64,000 bases of DNA, taken from NCBI GenBank assembly GCA_040757115.1, contig JBFLYA010000001.1, positions 6,526-70,525 on the forward strand, read 5' to 3'. Numbering within the stretch: position 1 is the stretch's first letter; every line of letters begins with the position of its first letter. This DNA is from a bacterium. GTDB taxonomy: Bacteria; UBA9089; CG2-30-40-21; SBAY01. This document shows positions 30,001 through 45,000 of this stretch, piece after piece. The notes below the pieces were generated by a model that had not been told where the DNA came from, ran no database searches, and saw nothing but the letters and a program-made list of their open reading frames with translations. Position numbers and translations under genes: made by a program.

Positions 30001-33000
30001 GTAGGTTTAACCGTAAATGTTCCGGTATTTGAAGTTTGTGAGGTAACTCCATAAGCACGAATAGTGGTTATGCCTTGCGGTTGCGTATCTACAGTAAAGA
30101 TAGCAGTAAATGTGCCTTTGACATTAGCAGTTACAGTAGTAATAGTCCTGGTAGTGCCAAAGTCAATTTGCACAAGTTCACTGCTTCCAAATCCATCCGC
30201 AGTGATAACTACTTGAGAACCTATCGTCCCAGCACTTGGCGCTACCGTAAGGATATGACCGATTATCTTAAAGTAATTGTAGGCGGTAGGTATCCCAAAA
30301 GGTTTTACAGATGCTGAGTAATAGTTTTGGGCAGTTATTGTTGTGCTACCTGCAGGATCCTGGAGAATAATAAATGTAGTAGTAAATGTCCCATATTGAC
30401 CCACATTGTCAGAAAATTCCTTATATTGACTACCACACCAAAGTTTAATCGAATTACCTCCACCTTCATAACCATCTCCCCATACCGTTACTAAAGTACC
30501 CACAGTACCATCTTGAGGAGAAACAATAAATATCCTTGGAATTAGAGTAAATGTTCCTATTACCTCTCGGTTAGAATTACTGCCTTTAACCTTTATATCC
30601 TTTTCTCCATAATTTTGGGTATCGACCGTGAATATTGTAGAGAAGGAACCATAGGCATCTGTAGAAGTAATTGTTATAGTTTTTGTCGTTCCAAAATCTA
30701 TCACAATCTGTTCTGTCCTATCAAATCCATTACCAGTAATAGTAATAATCGTTGTGATAGGTGCTGTATTAGGACTGATAAGGGTAATATTAGAAAGTAT
30801 ATCAAATAATCTTATGGCAGTCTGACCTGTAGTTAGCCCTTGAGCAGTAATAGTTGTAGTCCCATATCGCTGCGTATCAATTGTAAATGTAGTTGAGAAC
30901 GAACCATAGGCATCTGTAGAGGTATATGTAATCGTTTGGGTAGTGCCAAAATGGATATGGATTGCTTCGGTTCCACCAAACCCATTACCGGCAACGGTAA
31001 TAATCTTTCCTACTGTTCCTGTAGATGGTTCTACTTGCCAGATTGCCGGCAGGATAGTAAATGTAGCTTCATCTATTACTGTAGGTTGCGTGGTATCAAT
31101 TGCCTTGATAGTCGTTGTGCCATACTGTTGCGTATCAATAGTAAATGTCATTGTCCAGCTTCCTTCAGCATAAGTAGAGGTAATCTGAATAGTCTGTATT
31201 GTGCCAAAATTAATCTGGATTAATGCACTTGCCCCATATCCATTACCTCTAACAGTAACTATTGTTCCTACCGTCGCTTTATCTGGAGTAACTGATATAA
31301 TATTAGGTAGAATGGTAAATGTGCCATAGGCAGGATAATCAGATATCTGTCCTGTTGCCTTGATAGTAGTTACACCATAAGGTTGAGTATCTATGGTAAA
31401 TGTAGTGGTAAATGAACCTACTGGACTTGCCGTTATACTCTTGATATTAAAAGTAGTCCCAAAGTCAATGTATATATTCTCATCTGCTTTAAACCCATCA
31501 CCTTCTAATCTCACAATAGTACCCACTGTGCCTGTATTCGGACTGATTGATGTAATCACCGTAACTATCTTAAACCAAGAAGTATCTGTCCCGACTGGAG
31601 AAATAGCAAGTATGGTAGTAGAACCTATTGGTTGGGTATCTACCGTAAAACTAACCGTAAATGTCCCATAGACATCTGTAGAGGTAAGGACAATACTAAC
31701 TGTGGTGCCAAAGTTAATTTGGATAGGTTGACTAGCTCCAAATCCATCACCTTTTACCGTTACAATAGTCCTCACCGGACCTTCTGAAGGAGAAACAGAG
31801 AAGATATGTGATTGAATAAAGAAAGTATTATATGCAAAAATGTTGGGGTCGTTCTGTCCAATTGCGGTAATAGTTCTAATCCCATAAGGCTGTTTATTTA
31901 TAGAGAAGACAGCGCTGAACGTCCCTGCTATCCCGTCAACCCGTGGATTAGGAACAACTATTCCCTCTTTAGTTCCAAAGTCAATCCTTACATACTCATT
32001 AGTCCGATACCCATTCCCCGCAATTGTAATCATTGTCCCCACTGTTCCTTCCGAAGGTGTTACTAACCAAACCGCCGGTTTTATCTTGAAGGTATAGGTA
32101 GCAAATAGGGCTGGATTATATGTATCGGTTACCTTTACTGTATGCGTACCATAAGGTTGAGTATTAGCTGTAAATACGGTTGAGATGGAACCATTAACCG
32201 CACTCTGGATAGTAACACTCAAAGTCTGCCCAAATTCTATGACTATATCCTTACTTGAACTAAAGCCATTACCCATAACCGTAATCGGTGTGCCTACTGT
32301 TCCAGAGTTAGGTGTATATAAAAATACCTTATGGAGAATCTTGCACGAGATTGTAGCTGGACTGGAAGATATAAGTCCTGTTGCCATAACCGTAGTCGTG
32401 CCGTAGGCTTGCGCATCAATGGTAAAGGTAGTGCTGAATGAACCATAGGTATTGGCTGTAACTGTAGTTATCGTCTTGTTTGTGCCAAAGTCTATTCTTA
32501 CCAGCTCACTGCCACTAAAACCATCAGCGGTAAGCATAACTACTGCCCCAACTGTTCCTTCGGTAGGAGTAATGCCGGTTAGTTTGGTTAATATTCGATA
32601 CTCAAATCTTTCAGAAGAAACAAAAACATTCATCCCCACTGCCTTAATAGAGGTTGTGCCATAAGGTTGTGTATCAACGGTAAATGTTGTCGTCCAACTC
32701 CCGTGGGCATAAGTTGAAGTGGTAATAATTGTTGGTGAACTACCAAACAGAATATGGATTAAATCACTTGCCCCAAATCCATTACCTCGCACAGTCACAA
32801 AACTCCCTACTGTGCCTGAAGTTGGAGTAATGGAGATGACATACGCATTTATCGCTACCGTGCCTTTAGCGAATACCCCTGTTAATCCAAAAGCCTGAAT
32901 AGTAGTAATCCCACACGGCTGAGTATCTATGGTAAAGGTGGTGCTGAAACTACCTTCGGCATAGGTTGATGTCCGTTGAATCGTTGGAGTAGTCCCAAAG

Positions 33001-36000
33001 GCTATACGAACAAGTGTGCTGGCATTAAACCCATTGCCTCTGATAGTAATAATCGTCCCTACACTTCCATCGGTAGGGCTGATATAAATAATGTTTGGCA
33101 GGATAGTAAATGTGCCCTCTTTAATTGCATAACCACTTGAAGCCTTAATGGTAGTTATTCCCCATCTTTGTGTATCTACCGTAAATGTAGTGGAGAAACT
33201 ACCCTCTGCATAAGTAGATGTCAGACGAATATCCGTTTTGTTGCCAAAGTGGATACTAATAGTTGTCGAAGCCTCAAATCCATTGCCAGTAATGGTAATG
33301 GTTGTTCCCACCGTTCCTTCTGTCGGCGTAATCAAGGTAATATTAGGCAGGATAGTAAATGTGCCAGAAGCATCTTCACTACCGTGTGCCTTAATTGTCT
33401 TCACAGAGTATGATTGAGTATCTACCGTAAATGTGGTTGTCCAGCTACCTTCGGCATAAGTAGAAGTAGATTGAATACTTGCAGTCCTTCCAAAATCTAT
33501 CCAGATAGTCTTTGATGCCCCAAAACCATTACCTCTCAAGGTAACTATTGTTCCCACTGTCCCTGTCTTTGGACTAATCTGAATAATGTTTGGCGTAATT
33601 GCAATCGTGCCCCAATCAGACTCATCGCCATGAGCAACAACCGTAGTTATGCCAAAAGGCTGGGTATCAATGGTAAATGTGGTGGTAAAGCTACCTTCGG
33701 CATAAGCAGAGGCTAACTGAAGTGCAGGTGTAGTTCCAAAGGCAATAGTTATCGTCTTTGAAGCACCAAAACCATTACCCCTGATAGTGATAATCGTTCC
33801 TACTGTCCCTGTAGTTGGTGATAAATAAATAATCCTTGATTTAATAAAGAATGTCTTTTCTGCCTGAGTGACAGTTCCATAGCCGGTAACAGTTGTGCTA
33901 CCATAGGGCTGGGTATCAATAGTAAAGGTGGTGGTGAAACTACCCTCGATAGATGTCTGTGTAGTCTGGATAGTTGGGCTTCTACCAAATCCTATACGAA
34001 TATCTTCATTTGCCTTAAACCCATCACCTCTAACCGTAACTACAAGCCCTACTGTGCCTTCAGATGGGGTAACATAAACAATATTAGGTTTAATGAATAC
34101 CTCAAAGTTCTCTGCCCCGAATCCTGATGAGCACCCGGTTGCTTTGACAGTCGTCGAACCATACGGTTGGGTATCAATGGTAAATGTTATGGTAAAGCTT
34201 CCTTGTGCCACGGCAGAGACTACCGTAATCGTTTGCCTTGTGCCAAAATCTATTCTCACTAATTCATTTGCCTGATACCCACCACCGCGCAAGGTTACGA
34301 TTGTCCCAACAGTGCCTTGCGTTGGAGTAACTGAAACCAATCTTGGCGTAATACGGAAGGTAACTGTAGCTACCTGTTGCCCTGTAGATATACCAACCGC
34401 AGTAATAGTTGTTGTCCCTAAACCTTGAGTATCAACGGTAAATGTAGTGGTAAATGACCCATAGGCTTCAGTTGAAATAATGGTAATAGTCTTTGTCGTG
34501 CCAAAGTGGATGTGTATCCCTTCAGATGCCCCAAAACCATTACCTCTAACCGTAACTCTACTTCCTACCGTCCCGGATAGTGGGGTAACCAATATAATAT
34601 TTGGTTTAATGGTAAATCTATTTGTCGCACTTACTAACTCACCATCTATCGTCTCAAAACCAGTGATAGTTGTAGTTCCGTAAGGTTGTGTAGTAATAGT
34701 AAAGGTGGTAGTGAAGGAACCATAGGCAGTTGTAGAAACTGTTCTCAGCCCCAGCGTTGTGCCAAAGTCAATCCGCACCGTAGTTGCACTTCCGTAACCA
34801 TTACCCCTAACCGTAACAATTGTCCCTACTATTCCTTCTGTAGGTGTAACTGAGAAGATAGCCGGCAGTATCTTGAATGTATTCGTCGCAAAATCTAATC
34901 TGCCATAGCCGGTAATGGTAGTTGAGCCGTAAGGTTGGGTATTGATGGTAAATGTGGTGCTGAAACTACCATTGACATTGGCGGAAACCTGAGTAATAGT
35001 TGGTGTTGTGCCAAAGGCTATCCGCACCGTCTCTGATGAAGAGAATCCTGTTGCTTCTATGGTAATTACTGTGCCGACAGTCCCTATCTTTGGACTTACA
35101 AACCAGATTTGCGGGAGAATATAGAAACTACTATATGCATTTCTCTCACTATTATTTGGATATCCTCTTTCATAGGCTTGAATAGTTGTTGTCCCACCAA
35201 ATTGAGTATCTACGGTAAAGTAATGTATAAATTCACCCGTTGCAGTTGTTGTCCCTTGTAAGAATGGGTCATTAATCTTCTCTGTTCTATTACCAAAGAA
35301 AACAAGGATTTGGACACTTGCGGCATAACCATTACCTTTAATAGTTATGGGGGTACCAACCGTTCCTCTATCTGGACTTACTGAATAGACATTTGGTAAT
35401 ATCTTAAATGAGCCTGTTCCTATCTCTTGAGAAGTAGTTCCTGTTGCAACGATAAGTTTGGTATCATAAGGTTGGGTATTCACAGTAAATGAGCCATTTA
35501 ACTCACCTCTATCTAGGCTGGCTTTAATCGTAGCAATACTCTGGGTATTGCCAAAACTAATCTGGACATTCTCTCCTCTCACATAGCCATTCCCATAAAG
35601 TGTAATCTTACTTCCTACTGTTCCTTGGAAAGGAGTAACATAGACTAATTTAGCCTTAATACAGAAAGTAATGGTCGCTCGATGTAAATTCGGTGCCGCC
35701 AATCCAACACTTACTATCGTCGTTGTTCCGTAACCCTGGGTATCAACAGTAAATACTGCCTCAAATGAACCATTATCTCCTGTTGAGACAACAGTAATAC
35801 TTGTATGAAGGCCAAACTCTATTCTTACTAATTCACTTCTACCATAACCATTACCTGTTACCGTTATCTGGGAGCCAACTGTCCCTGAGATAGGGGTAAC
35901 TTGAGTAAGGTTTGAGATAATATTGAATGTCCCAGTATCAGACATAGGAACATCATAACACCAGGCTACTATCGTGGTAATTCCATATGGCTGTAGATTA

Positions 36001-39000
36001 ACATTAAAGTAAGAGGTAAAGGTACCATTCTGGCTTGTTTGTTCATCGCCACCACCTAATAACTGAATTGTTGGCGTAGTACCAAAACTAATCTCTATAT
36101 GCTTTTGACTCCCATACCCTGTTCCACTAATAGTTACCGTTATTCCTACTGACCCAGAAGTTGGTGTAATTAAGATAATATCAGGAATAATCTTGCACGA
36201 GTGAATATACCACTTACCAGAAGATAACCCTGTTGCAATAATAGTATGCGTGCCATAAACTTGCGTGTTAATAGTAAAGGTAGTGGAAAAAGTACCGGCT
36301 ATACTGGTGCTAACTTTAGTAATCGTAGTAGTATTCCCAAAATCTATCTGCACTAACTCGTTTCCACCGTATCCAGTGCCTTCTACAGTAATCACACTAC
36401 CTACTATGCCAAATGTTGGGCTAACTGATGTAATCTGCACATCTATCCAGAAGCGCCAATCATCCCCTACTGAGCGATGTCCTAAACTATCCTCTGCCTG
36501 AATAGTCTTTGTCCCAAAGTATTGAGTATCTACCATAAATATTGTTGTAAATGTACCCATAGCATTTGTAGTTACTATGGTTATGGTTCGATTTTCACCA
36601 AATTCTATTCTTATCTGTGATGTTGCCGCATATCCATTACCGGTAATAGTCACCGGGCTACCAACTGTTCCTGAAGATGGACTAATTGAAGTAATCCTGG
36701 CAAGAATAGTAAATGTTCCATAATCAAATACCTGCTGATCAACTTTCCTCCCATCAGCACAAATTGTAGTAATTCCATAGGGTTGAATATTAACATCGAA
36801 TTTACTCTCGAATGTCCCTTTATTGGTAGAAGACCCTGTAAAGATATAATAAGTATTCCCAAAATGAATATATATATCACCACTGGCATAATATCCATTA
36901 CCATATACAGTTACCTCACTTCCTACTGTTCCTTCAGAAGGAGTCACCAGGGTAAATCTTTGGGTTATCTTAAAGGAAGATGTTGCCGAGGCACCTGATA
37001 CTATACCTATGGCTAAAAGTGTCTTTGAACCATAAGCCTGTATATTAACCGTAAAGGTGGTAGTAAATGAACCGTAACCATCTGCCGTAGTAGTAGTAAT
37101 AGTAGTAGTATCCCCAAAGGCTATCCGAATCGACTCTGATGTTTGATAACCAACACCCCTTATAGTTACCGTACTACCTACCGTTCCGTCCGCTGGGGTT
37201 ACCAAAACAATACTTGTCTTGATAAAGAATGAGTTTTGGGCAGAGGTAATTTGACCATGAACAGTAATTGTGGTTGAACCATAACCTTGGGTATCTACAG
37301 TAAATGTGCCATTAAAGTATCCTAATCCATTTGTGGTGATAGTAGAAATCGTTCGAGTTGTACCAAATTCTATTTGGAGAGGTTCTGACTCACCAAATCC
37401 ATTACCTGTTATTGTAACCACACTACCTATTGTTCCCTCTGAAGGATTAACTGATATAACCTTCCCTATAATCCCAAATGTATTTGTGGCAAACTCACCA
37501 GATGAATCCCACTTAGACAAGGCACAAATCGTAGTTGTGCCTGCTGGTTGTAAATCAGTAATGGTAAATATGGCACTAAATGTTCCTATGTTGGCAGTGG
37601 GAATTTGAACTGTGTCTTCTACAACACCACCCGGTTCACCATAAACGAGTGTAATCGTTCGAATTGTCCCAAAATGAATTGCTATTCTATTCGGACTAGC
37701 GTAATAATTCGGAGCTTTATAATTGCGATATCCATCACCCCAAACAGTTACTACTGTTCCAATCGTTCCTGAAGTTGGACTCACCGTACGTATCCTCGGA
37801 ATTATCCGGAAGAACCTATTATGCTTCATCGTAGAACTACCTGGAACAATACTAATGGTATGTGTCCCATAATATTGTGTATCTACCGTAAAGGTCAATG
37901 AGAAACTTCCTACCGCATCAGTAGTAGAGGTAGTAATCGTTCGATAGGAAACACCAAATACAATGGTAATGGTTTCACTTATCCCAAATCCATTTCCTGT
38001 AATGGTAACCTCTGTAGAAACAACTCCACCTGCAGGCGAGCAAAGGGTAATGTTAGATTCAATGAAGAAAGTTGCAGTTGCAGCCATTCCACTTGTCTTA
38101 CCTGTCGCCACAAAGGTTGTGCTGCCAAAGGCTTGAGTATTTACCGTAAAGGTAATTGTAAATGAACCCGCAGGTGTTGTCTTGACTACGGCAGAGGTTG
38201 GAACAGTCTGGGTTGTTCCAAACCTAAGATGTATCTCTTCAGAATTGCCATAACCTGTCCCAATGATAGAAATTAATGTCCCCACCGAACCTTTTGATGG
38301 GGTTAATAAATGGATATTAGGCAGAAGAGTGAATGTAGCAGAGTTCGTAATCATTGATATATCTGTCGCCTTTATGGTCTTAAGCCCATAGGTTTGGGTA
38401 TCTACCGTAAATACCGCAGTGAACGAACCTGAATTGGCAGAGGTAGTAAGAGTAATACTTGCCCTTATCCCAAAATCAATCTGGATGGAAGAACTTTGTG
38501 AGAATCCATTCCCGGCTACCGTCACATTCATCCCTACTGTCCCTTGTGATGGTATAATCAGCCAGATATTTGGCAAAATGATAATTTTCTCAATCTGGCT
38601 CTCTGTACTCGTCTTAATATCTTTGACTATAATCGTGGTCGTGCCATAGGGTTGGGTATCAATAGTAAATGTTGTGGTAAATGAACCAACTGAAGAGACA
38701 CTAACAACAGTAATACTTCCCCTTGTTCCAAAATCTATCTTCACTCGCTCATTGGCTGTAAACCCTGAACCCTGGATAGTAACTATCGTCCCTACTGAAC
38801 CCCTCTTTGGTGTAATATCTACGATATACGGAATTATCTTAAAGAAGATTGTCTGGGTGCCATCCTGTAATAGTCCTATAGCCAGAATAGTTTTTGTACC
38901 CAATGGCTGGGTATCAACCGTAAATATAGCAGTTAAACTCCCTAAGTCATTTGTTGTTACCAGAGTGATACTCTGTGTGCTACCAAAATCAATCTGAATT

Positions 39001-42000
39001 CCTTTGCTCGCTTCATAACCATTACCCAATACCGTAATCTGGGTCCCTACCGAACCCTGCGCAGGTATAACCCAGGTATTTGGCTTGATAAAGAATGTCC
39101 CGGTAGCAATAGTATTCGTCTGCGTAGCTATAACCGTTACAGTTCCATAAGGTTGAACCTTAATTTTATCGGACCACAGGCTCCCAAATTCACCTAAATT
39201 ATTCGACACGACATAATTGTCTACTCCATACGAGGTAATACCAATCGTAATATAAATATCTCCACTTCCCTTAAACCCATTCCCATTGATACTGATAGTT
39301 GTTCCAATTGTTCCCTCAGCTGGACTAATAAAGAATAGGTGTGGCAAAATGCCAAAACTACGGGTAGCATAAACATTCGGGTTTCCTGTATCTGTAGCAG
39401 TAATGGTAAATGTCCCAAACGGCTGAATCGGTGCTGTAAATGTAGCAGAGAACGAACCATAGGCAGTTACCGAATGTGTCCCTAATTCTATAGTTTGTGG
39501 ATTATTGTTTATATCCACCCCTGCCCAGGTTAATTGCACATAACTCCCTGTCCCAAACCCATTGCCAGCAATCGTTACTATTGTCCCTACCGTGCCTTGT
39601 GCTGGAGTTATTTGATAGATATTGGGCAGGATAGTAAATGGCCTTGATGTTGAGATAGGATTGCCCTGATATGCTGTCACTGTCGTTGTCCCGTAAGGTT
39701 GGGTATCTACGGTAAAGGTAGTCGAGAAACTACCTTCGGCATAAGTCGAGGTCAGGGTCAAAGTCGGTGTTGTGCCAAAGATAATGCGGATGGATTGACT
39801 TGCACCATAGCCATTACCCGCAATAGTAACGATACTCCCTACTGTGCCTGATGTTGGTGTCAATACAATAATCCCCTGCAATATCCTCACCGTCAGGTTA
39901 TCTGCCACCCCTTGTGAACTACAACCTGTTGCCCGAATAGTTGTCGTGCCATAAGGTTGGGTATCAATGGTAAAGGTGGTAGTCCAGCTACCTGCAGTAT
40001 CTGCCGAAACCATAGTAATACTTATCGTCCTACCAAAGTCAACCCTGACTAATTCATTTTCTTTGTAACCAATACCGCGTAAAGTAACAATTGTCCCTAC
40101 CGTCCCTTCGGTGGGCGTAACTGAGTCTAACTGCGGGCTAATGACAAAGTAGGTTTGGGTAGCGGCTTGCGTCTGCATACCAACCGCTAAGACAGTGGTT
40201 GTCCCGAGTGGTTGAGTATTTACCGTGAATGTGGTTGAGAACGAACCAAAGACAGTTGAGGTAACTTTTGTAATCGTCCCCGTAGTGCCAAATAGTATAT
40301 GTATTGACTCACTTGCCCCATAACCATTACCTGAAACCGTAACAGTCCGCCCTATTGTACCAGTCGATGGAATTAGAGTAAATATCTGAGGCAGTATCTT
40401 GAAGGTATTGGTAGCCGGGTCTAATCTGCCAATACCCGTAATCGTAGTTGTGCCATAAGGTTGGGTATTGATGGTAAAGGTTGTGCTGAAACTACCATTG
40501 ATATTGGCAGAAATCTGAGTAATCGTTGGTGTTGTGCCAAATGCTATGCGCACCGTCTCTGATGATGAATATCCGGTTGCCTTAATAGTAATTACCGTGC
40601 CTACAGTTCCTTGCTGTGGACTTACAGACCAGATTTGAGGAAGGATATAGAAAGTGTTGTAGGCATCTTTCCCTTGACCTACATCTTCGTATGCCATTAC
40701 TGTCGTTGTGCCTCCTGACTGGGTATCAACCGCAAACGAATAGATGAATACACCTGAGGTAGTAGTAACCGTACTTAATTGTGGTGGATTTACACCAAAC
40801 CTCTTGCCAAAATTAACAATTATCCCCACAGAATTAAGGTAACCATTACCACAAACCGTGATTATTGTCCCTACTGTCCCTCTATCAGGCGTTACCAAAT
40901 AAATATTTGGAATAATGGTAAATGTCCCTACACCTACTTGAGCAGAAATAGTTCCTGTGCCTCTAATAGATTTAGGATCCGGGTCTCGTGGTTGAGTATC
41001 TGGAGATATAGTGCCGTATAATTCACCACGATAATTGGTGGTAATTGTCCCTCTATTCTGGATTGTGCCAAAACTTATCTGAACTGCTTCTGTCTTTCTA
41101 TAGCCATCTCCATAGATAGTAATCGCACATCCCACCGTGCCTTGAGTTGGTGAAATACGGTATATCCTCCCCAAGATACAGAATTTGGTATTAGTGGCGC
41201 GATGATTTATCTCATCTTGTATCCCAATGGCTACAATTGTTGTTGAGCCATAACTCTGGATATCAACCGTGAATACGGCACTGAATACACCATTATTCCC
41301 CGCAGAGACATAAGTAATACTTGCATTAGTGCCAAAGGCTATCCTTACCGTTTCACTACTACCATATCCATCACCACTAACTGTAACCGCGCTACCTACT
41401 GTCCCAGACAATGGTGTTACCTCATAGATTCTTGAAGTAATATTAAATGTTCCCCAGTCATATTCTGGTGTCACATCACCCCTTACTTTAATTGTAGTTA
41501 TTCCATAGGGTTGCGGATTAACAGTAAAGCAGGCGGTAAATGTCCCATTAAGAGATGATAGGATAACATCTGGCTCAGTAGGAATTGTTCCTATTGTCCC
41601 AAAATCAATGCGGATTATCTCCGGGGGAGAGGCTTTATAGCCAGTTCCAGAAACAGTTACCCTTGTTCCCACTACACCTGTTGTAGGCGAAATAAGAATA
41701 ATATCAGGAATAATCCTGAATTCGTCTATATCTGACCTGGCAATAGTCATACCTAACGCCTTGATAGTATGAGAACCATAGACCCGGGTATTTACGGTAA
41801 ATGTGGTGCTGAATGTCCCTTTCAGACTTGCGGTAATCGTAGTAATCGTAAAGGTATTACCAAAATCAATCTGAATTAACTCACTCTCACCATAACCATC
41901 ACCCGTTACTGTAACCATACTCCCTACCGTGCCAAATATGGGAGAAACTGAGGTAATATGCACCTCTATTCGGAATTTCCACTTCTCTTCAGATGTATGT

Positions 42001-45000
42001 CCTATGGCATCTACCACATCTATTGTCTTTGTTCCAAAACACTGTGTATCTACAGTAAATAAGGTTGTAAATGTGCCATTTACATTTGCCGTAACCATAG
42101 TAATAGTGCGATTCTCACCAAATTCAATCCTCACTAATTCACTTGAAGCATAACCATTACCCCAGATACTAATAATTGTTCCTACTGTCCCTGCTGATGG
42201 GGTTAAATAATTTATCTTGGAAAGAATCCTGAATTCTGTAAAGTCGCTACCTGTTGGAGAAGTTTGCCCATAAACTCTCACGGTAGTTGAACCATAAACC
42301 TGTTCATTTACCGTAAATAAAATAATAAATATCCCATCCTTATTTGCCTGTCTACCATCTGCAACCATATCCTGAACATTCCCAAATTCTAATCTCAGCG
42401 TCTCAGAGGTAATATAGCCATTCCCATATACGGTTACCTGGCTACCTACAGTTCCTGCTGTGGGTGTCAGGTAGGTAAGGTTACGGAGAATATCAAAGTA
42501 GGCTCTTGCACTTGTAGCGGATAAAATACCTGTCGCTAAAATTGTCCTGGAACCAAAAGCCTGCTCATTTATAGTAAATATAGTGGTAAATGAACCACAA
42601 TTTTCAGCCGTAACGGTGGTAATAGTCTGCGTTGTTCCAAAATCTATCTGAATAAGCTCACTGCCTTGATACCCTACACCCCTTACCGTGACATAAGTCC
42701 CTACTGTCCCTGATAATGGTGAAATTAAAATAATACTTGTCTTTATCCTGAAGTAGGTAGTGGCGGTAGTAATATTACCCCAGGCAATGATAGTTGTTGT
42801 GCCTACAGGTTGGGTATCGACAGTAAATGTCACCTCAAAACTACCATTACCAACTGTACTTATAGTCGTAATGGTCTTTGTCGTGCCAAAATCTATCTGC
42901 AATAACTCAGAAGCACTAAATCCGTTACCTTTAAGGGTAACTATGCTACCAACAGTCCCTTCTGTTGGTGTAATATCATAAATTCTGCCTTTAATCACAA
43001 AATTTGTTGTCGTCGCTGAAGCATAATACCAATCTGTCGTTTCAGCTATAATGGTTGTTACCCCTGCAGGTTGAGTATCTACCGTAAAGGCAATGGCGAA
43101 TGTTCCATAAATAGATGCCTTCTGCCCAGAAACTATATTTGGATTTGTTCCAAATTTAACCTGTATTTGTTGCTGCTGAGCCGGGTAAGTTTGATAATAA
43201 CTATATCCATCACCCCAGATAGTAATTACAGTTCCCACTGTTCCTACTGCAGGGCTAACCTGCCATATCCGTGCCTTAACAAAGAAGAACAATATCTGCG
43301 TTTCTGAAGAAACAGACCATTTTACCGTAATCGTCCTTGTCCCATAAATCTGCGTATCAACAGTAAAGGAAAGTGTCCAGGAACCATTCACCTCTGAAGA
43401 GGTCGTAGCAATAGTCATAGTCGTCCCAAAATCTACAAAGATAGTCTCTGACCCTCCAAAACCATTACCCCGTAAGGTAACGATAGTGCTAATTATTCCC
43501 GTTTGTGGGGTATAGAGAATAATATTAGGCTTGATAAAGAAGATTTGTGTGATTGAGCCCGCAGTATTTACTCCTCTAACTACAACCGTAGTTGAACCAT
43601 ATCGTTGCGTATCTACAGTAAATGTAGTGGAAAAAGAACCATTATCAGTAGTCGTGGTTATGGCTATAGTCCCTGTGTTGCCAAAGAGAATATGAATTTG
43701 CTCACTGGCACCAAACCCTGTTCCCGTAATACTCACCCTTGTATTTACTGTTCCTACATTTGGCGTGAGAAGATGAATATTAGGTAGAATAGTAAATGTC
43801 CCTACTGCACTTACTACACTCCCTTCATGCCAGGCACAAATAGTAGTAATACCAGAAGCCTGGGTATTAATAGTAAAGGTAGTGGTAAATGAACCTTGAG
43901 CCACTGAACTAACTACTACAATACTTACAGTTTTACCGAAGTCAATCTGCACTAATCTACTCGCCCCAAACCCATTACCTTGAATAGTAATTACCCTGCC
44001 TACTGTTCCTTCTGAAGGTGAGATAAGAATAATATTAGGTAAAATACAGAAATCTCGATATGCACTCGAGCAAGAACTTACATCTACTGCCGTAACAGAC
44101 TTTGTCCCATAGGATTGAGTATCCACAGTAAAGGAAACCGTAAATGACCCACTTTGGTCTGCTGTAATGGTAGTAATAGATGTATTTACTCCAAACTGAA
44201 TCCTGACTAATCCACTACTGGTATAACCATTACCACTTAAGGTAATCTTTGTACCTACTGTCCCCCTTGTCGGTGTCATTTCAACTATCTGTGGCACAAT
44301 CACAAAATAAGAGGTTGAAGGACCGGCAATCAACCCGGTAGCGGTAATAGTAATCGAGCCTAATCTCTGGAGATTAACTGTAAATGTAGCACTAAATGTC
44401 CCTAACGAATTAGCACTAGCACAAACGATACTCATAGTCGTCCCAAAATCTATTTGAATATTATCTGTTCTACCATAGCCATCGCCAAAAACCGTTACCC
44501 GTGTTCCTACTGTCCCACTTGAAGGTGAAACTTTATAAATTTGCGGTAAGATAGTGAATGTCCCATAAGCCTTAACTGTAGCAGATTGACTTCCTATAAT
44601 AGTCGTAGTCCCATAGGGTTGTTGTGTAACGGTAATTGTATAAGGATATTGGAATGTCCCCATTCCAGTTGCAAAAATCGTACCCTTACTTTCTATCCCA
44701 AATATGATTTCACAATCACCCACACTAAATCCATTCCCATTAATAACTACCTCTGTTCCTACTGTGCCTGATAGCGGGGTAATCGAGAATAGATTAGGAA
44801 TAATGCCAAAACTTCTTGTAGCAAAGATATGATAGGTAGTATCTGTGGCCATAACGATATGTGGACCATATTGTTGCACCGGTGCGGTAAAGGTAGTGGA
44901 GAATGAACCAAAGGCAGTTGCCTGAGTTGTAGTTCGAAGGTCACCACCAAACTCTATCCGAATCAAACTTCCTGTCCCAAACCCATTGCCAGCAATAGTT

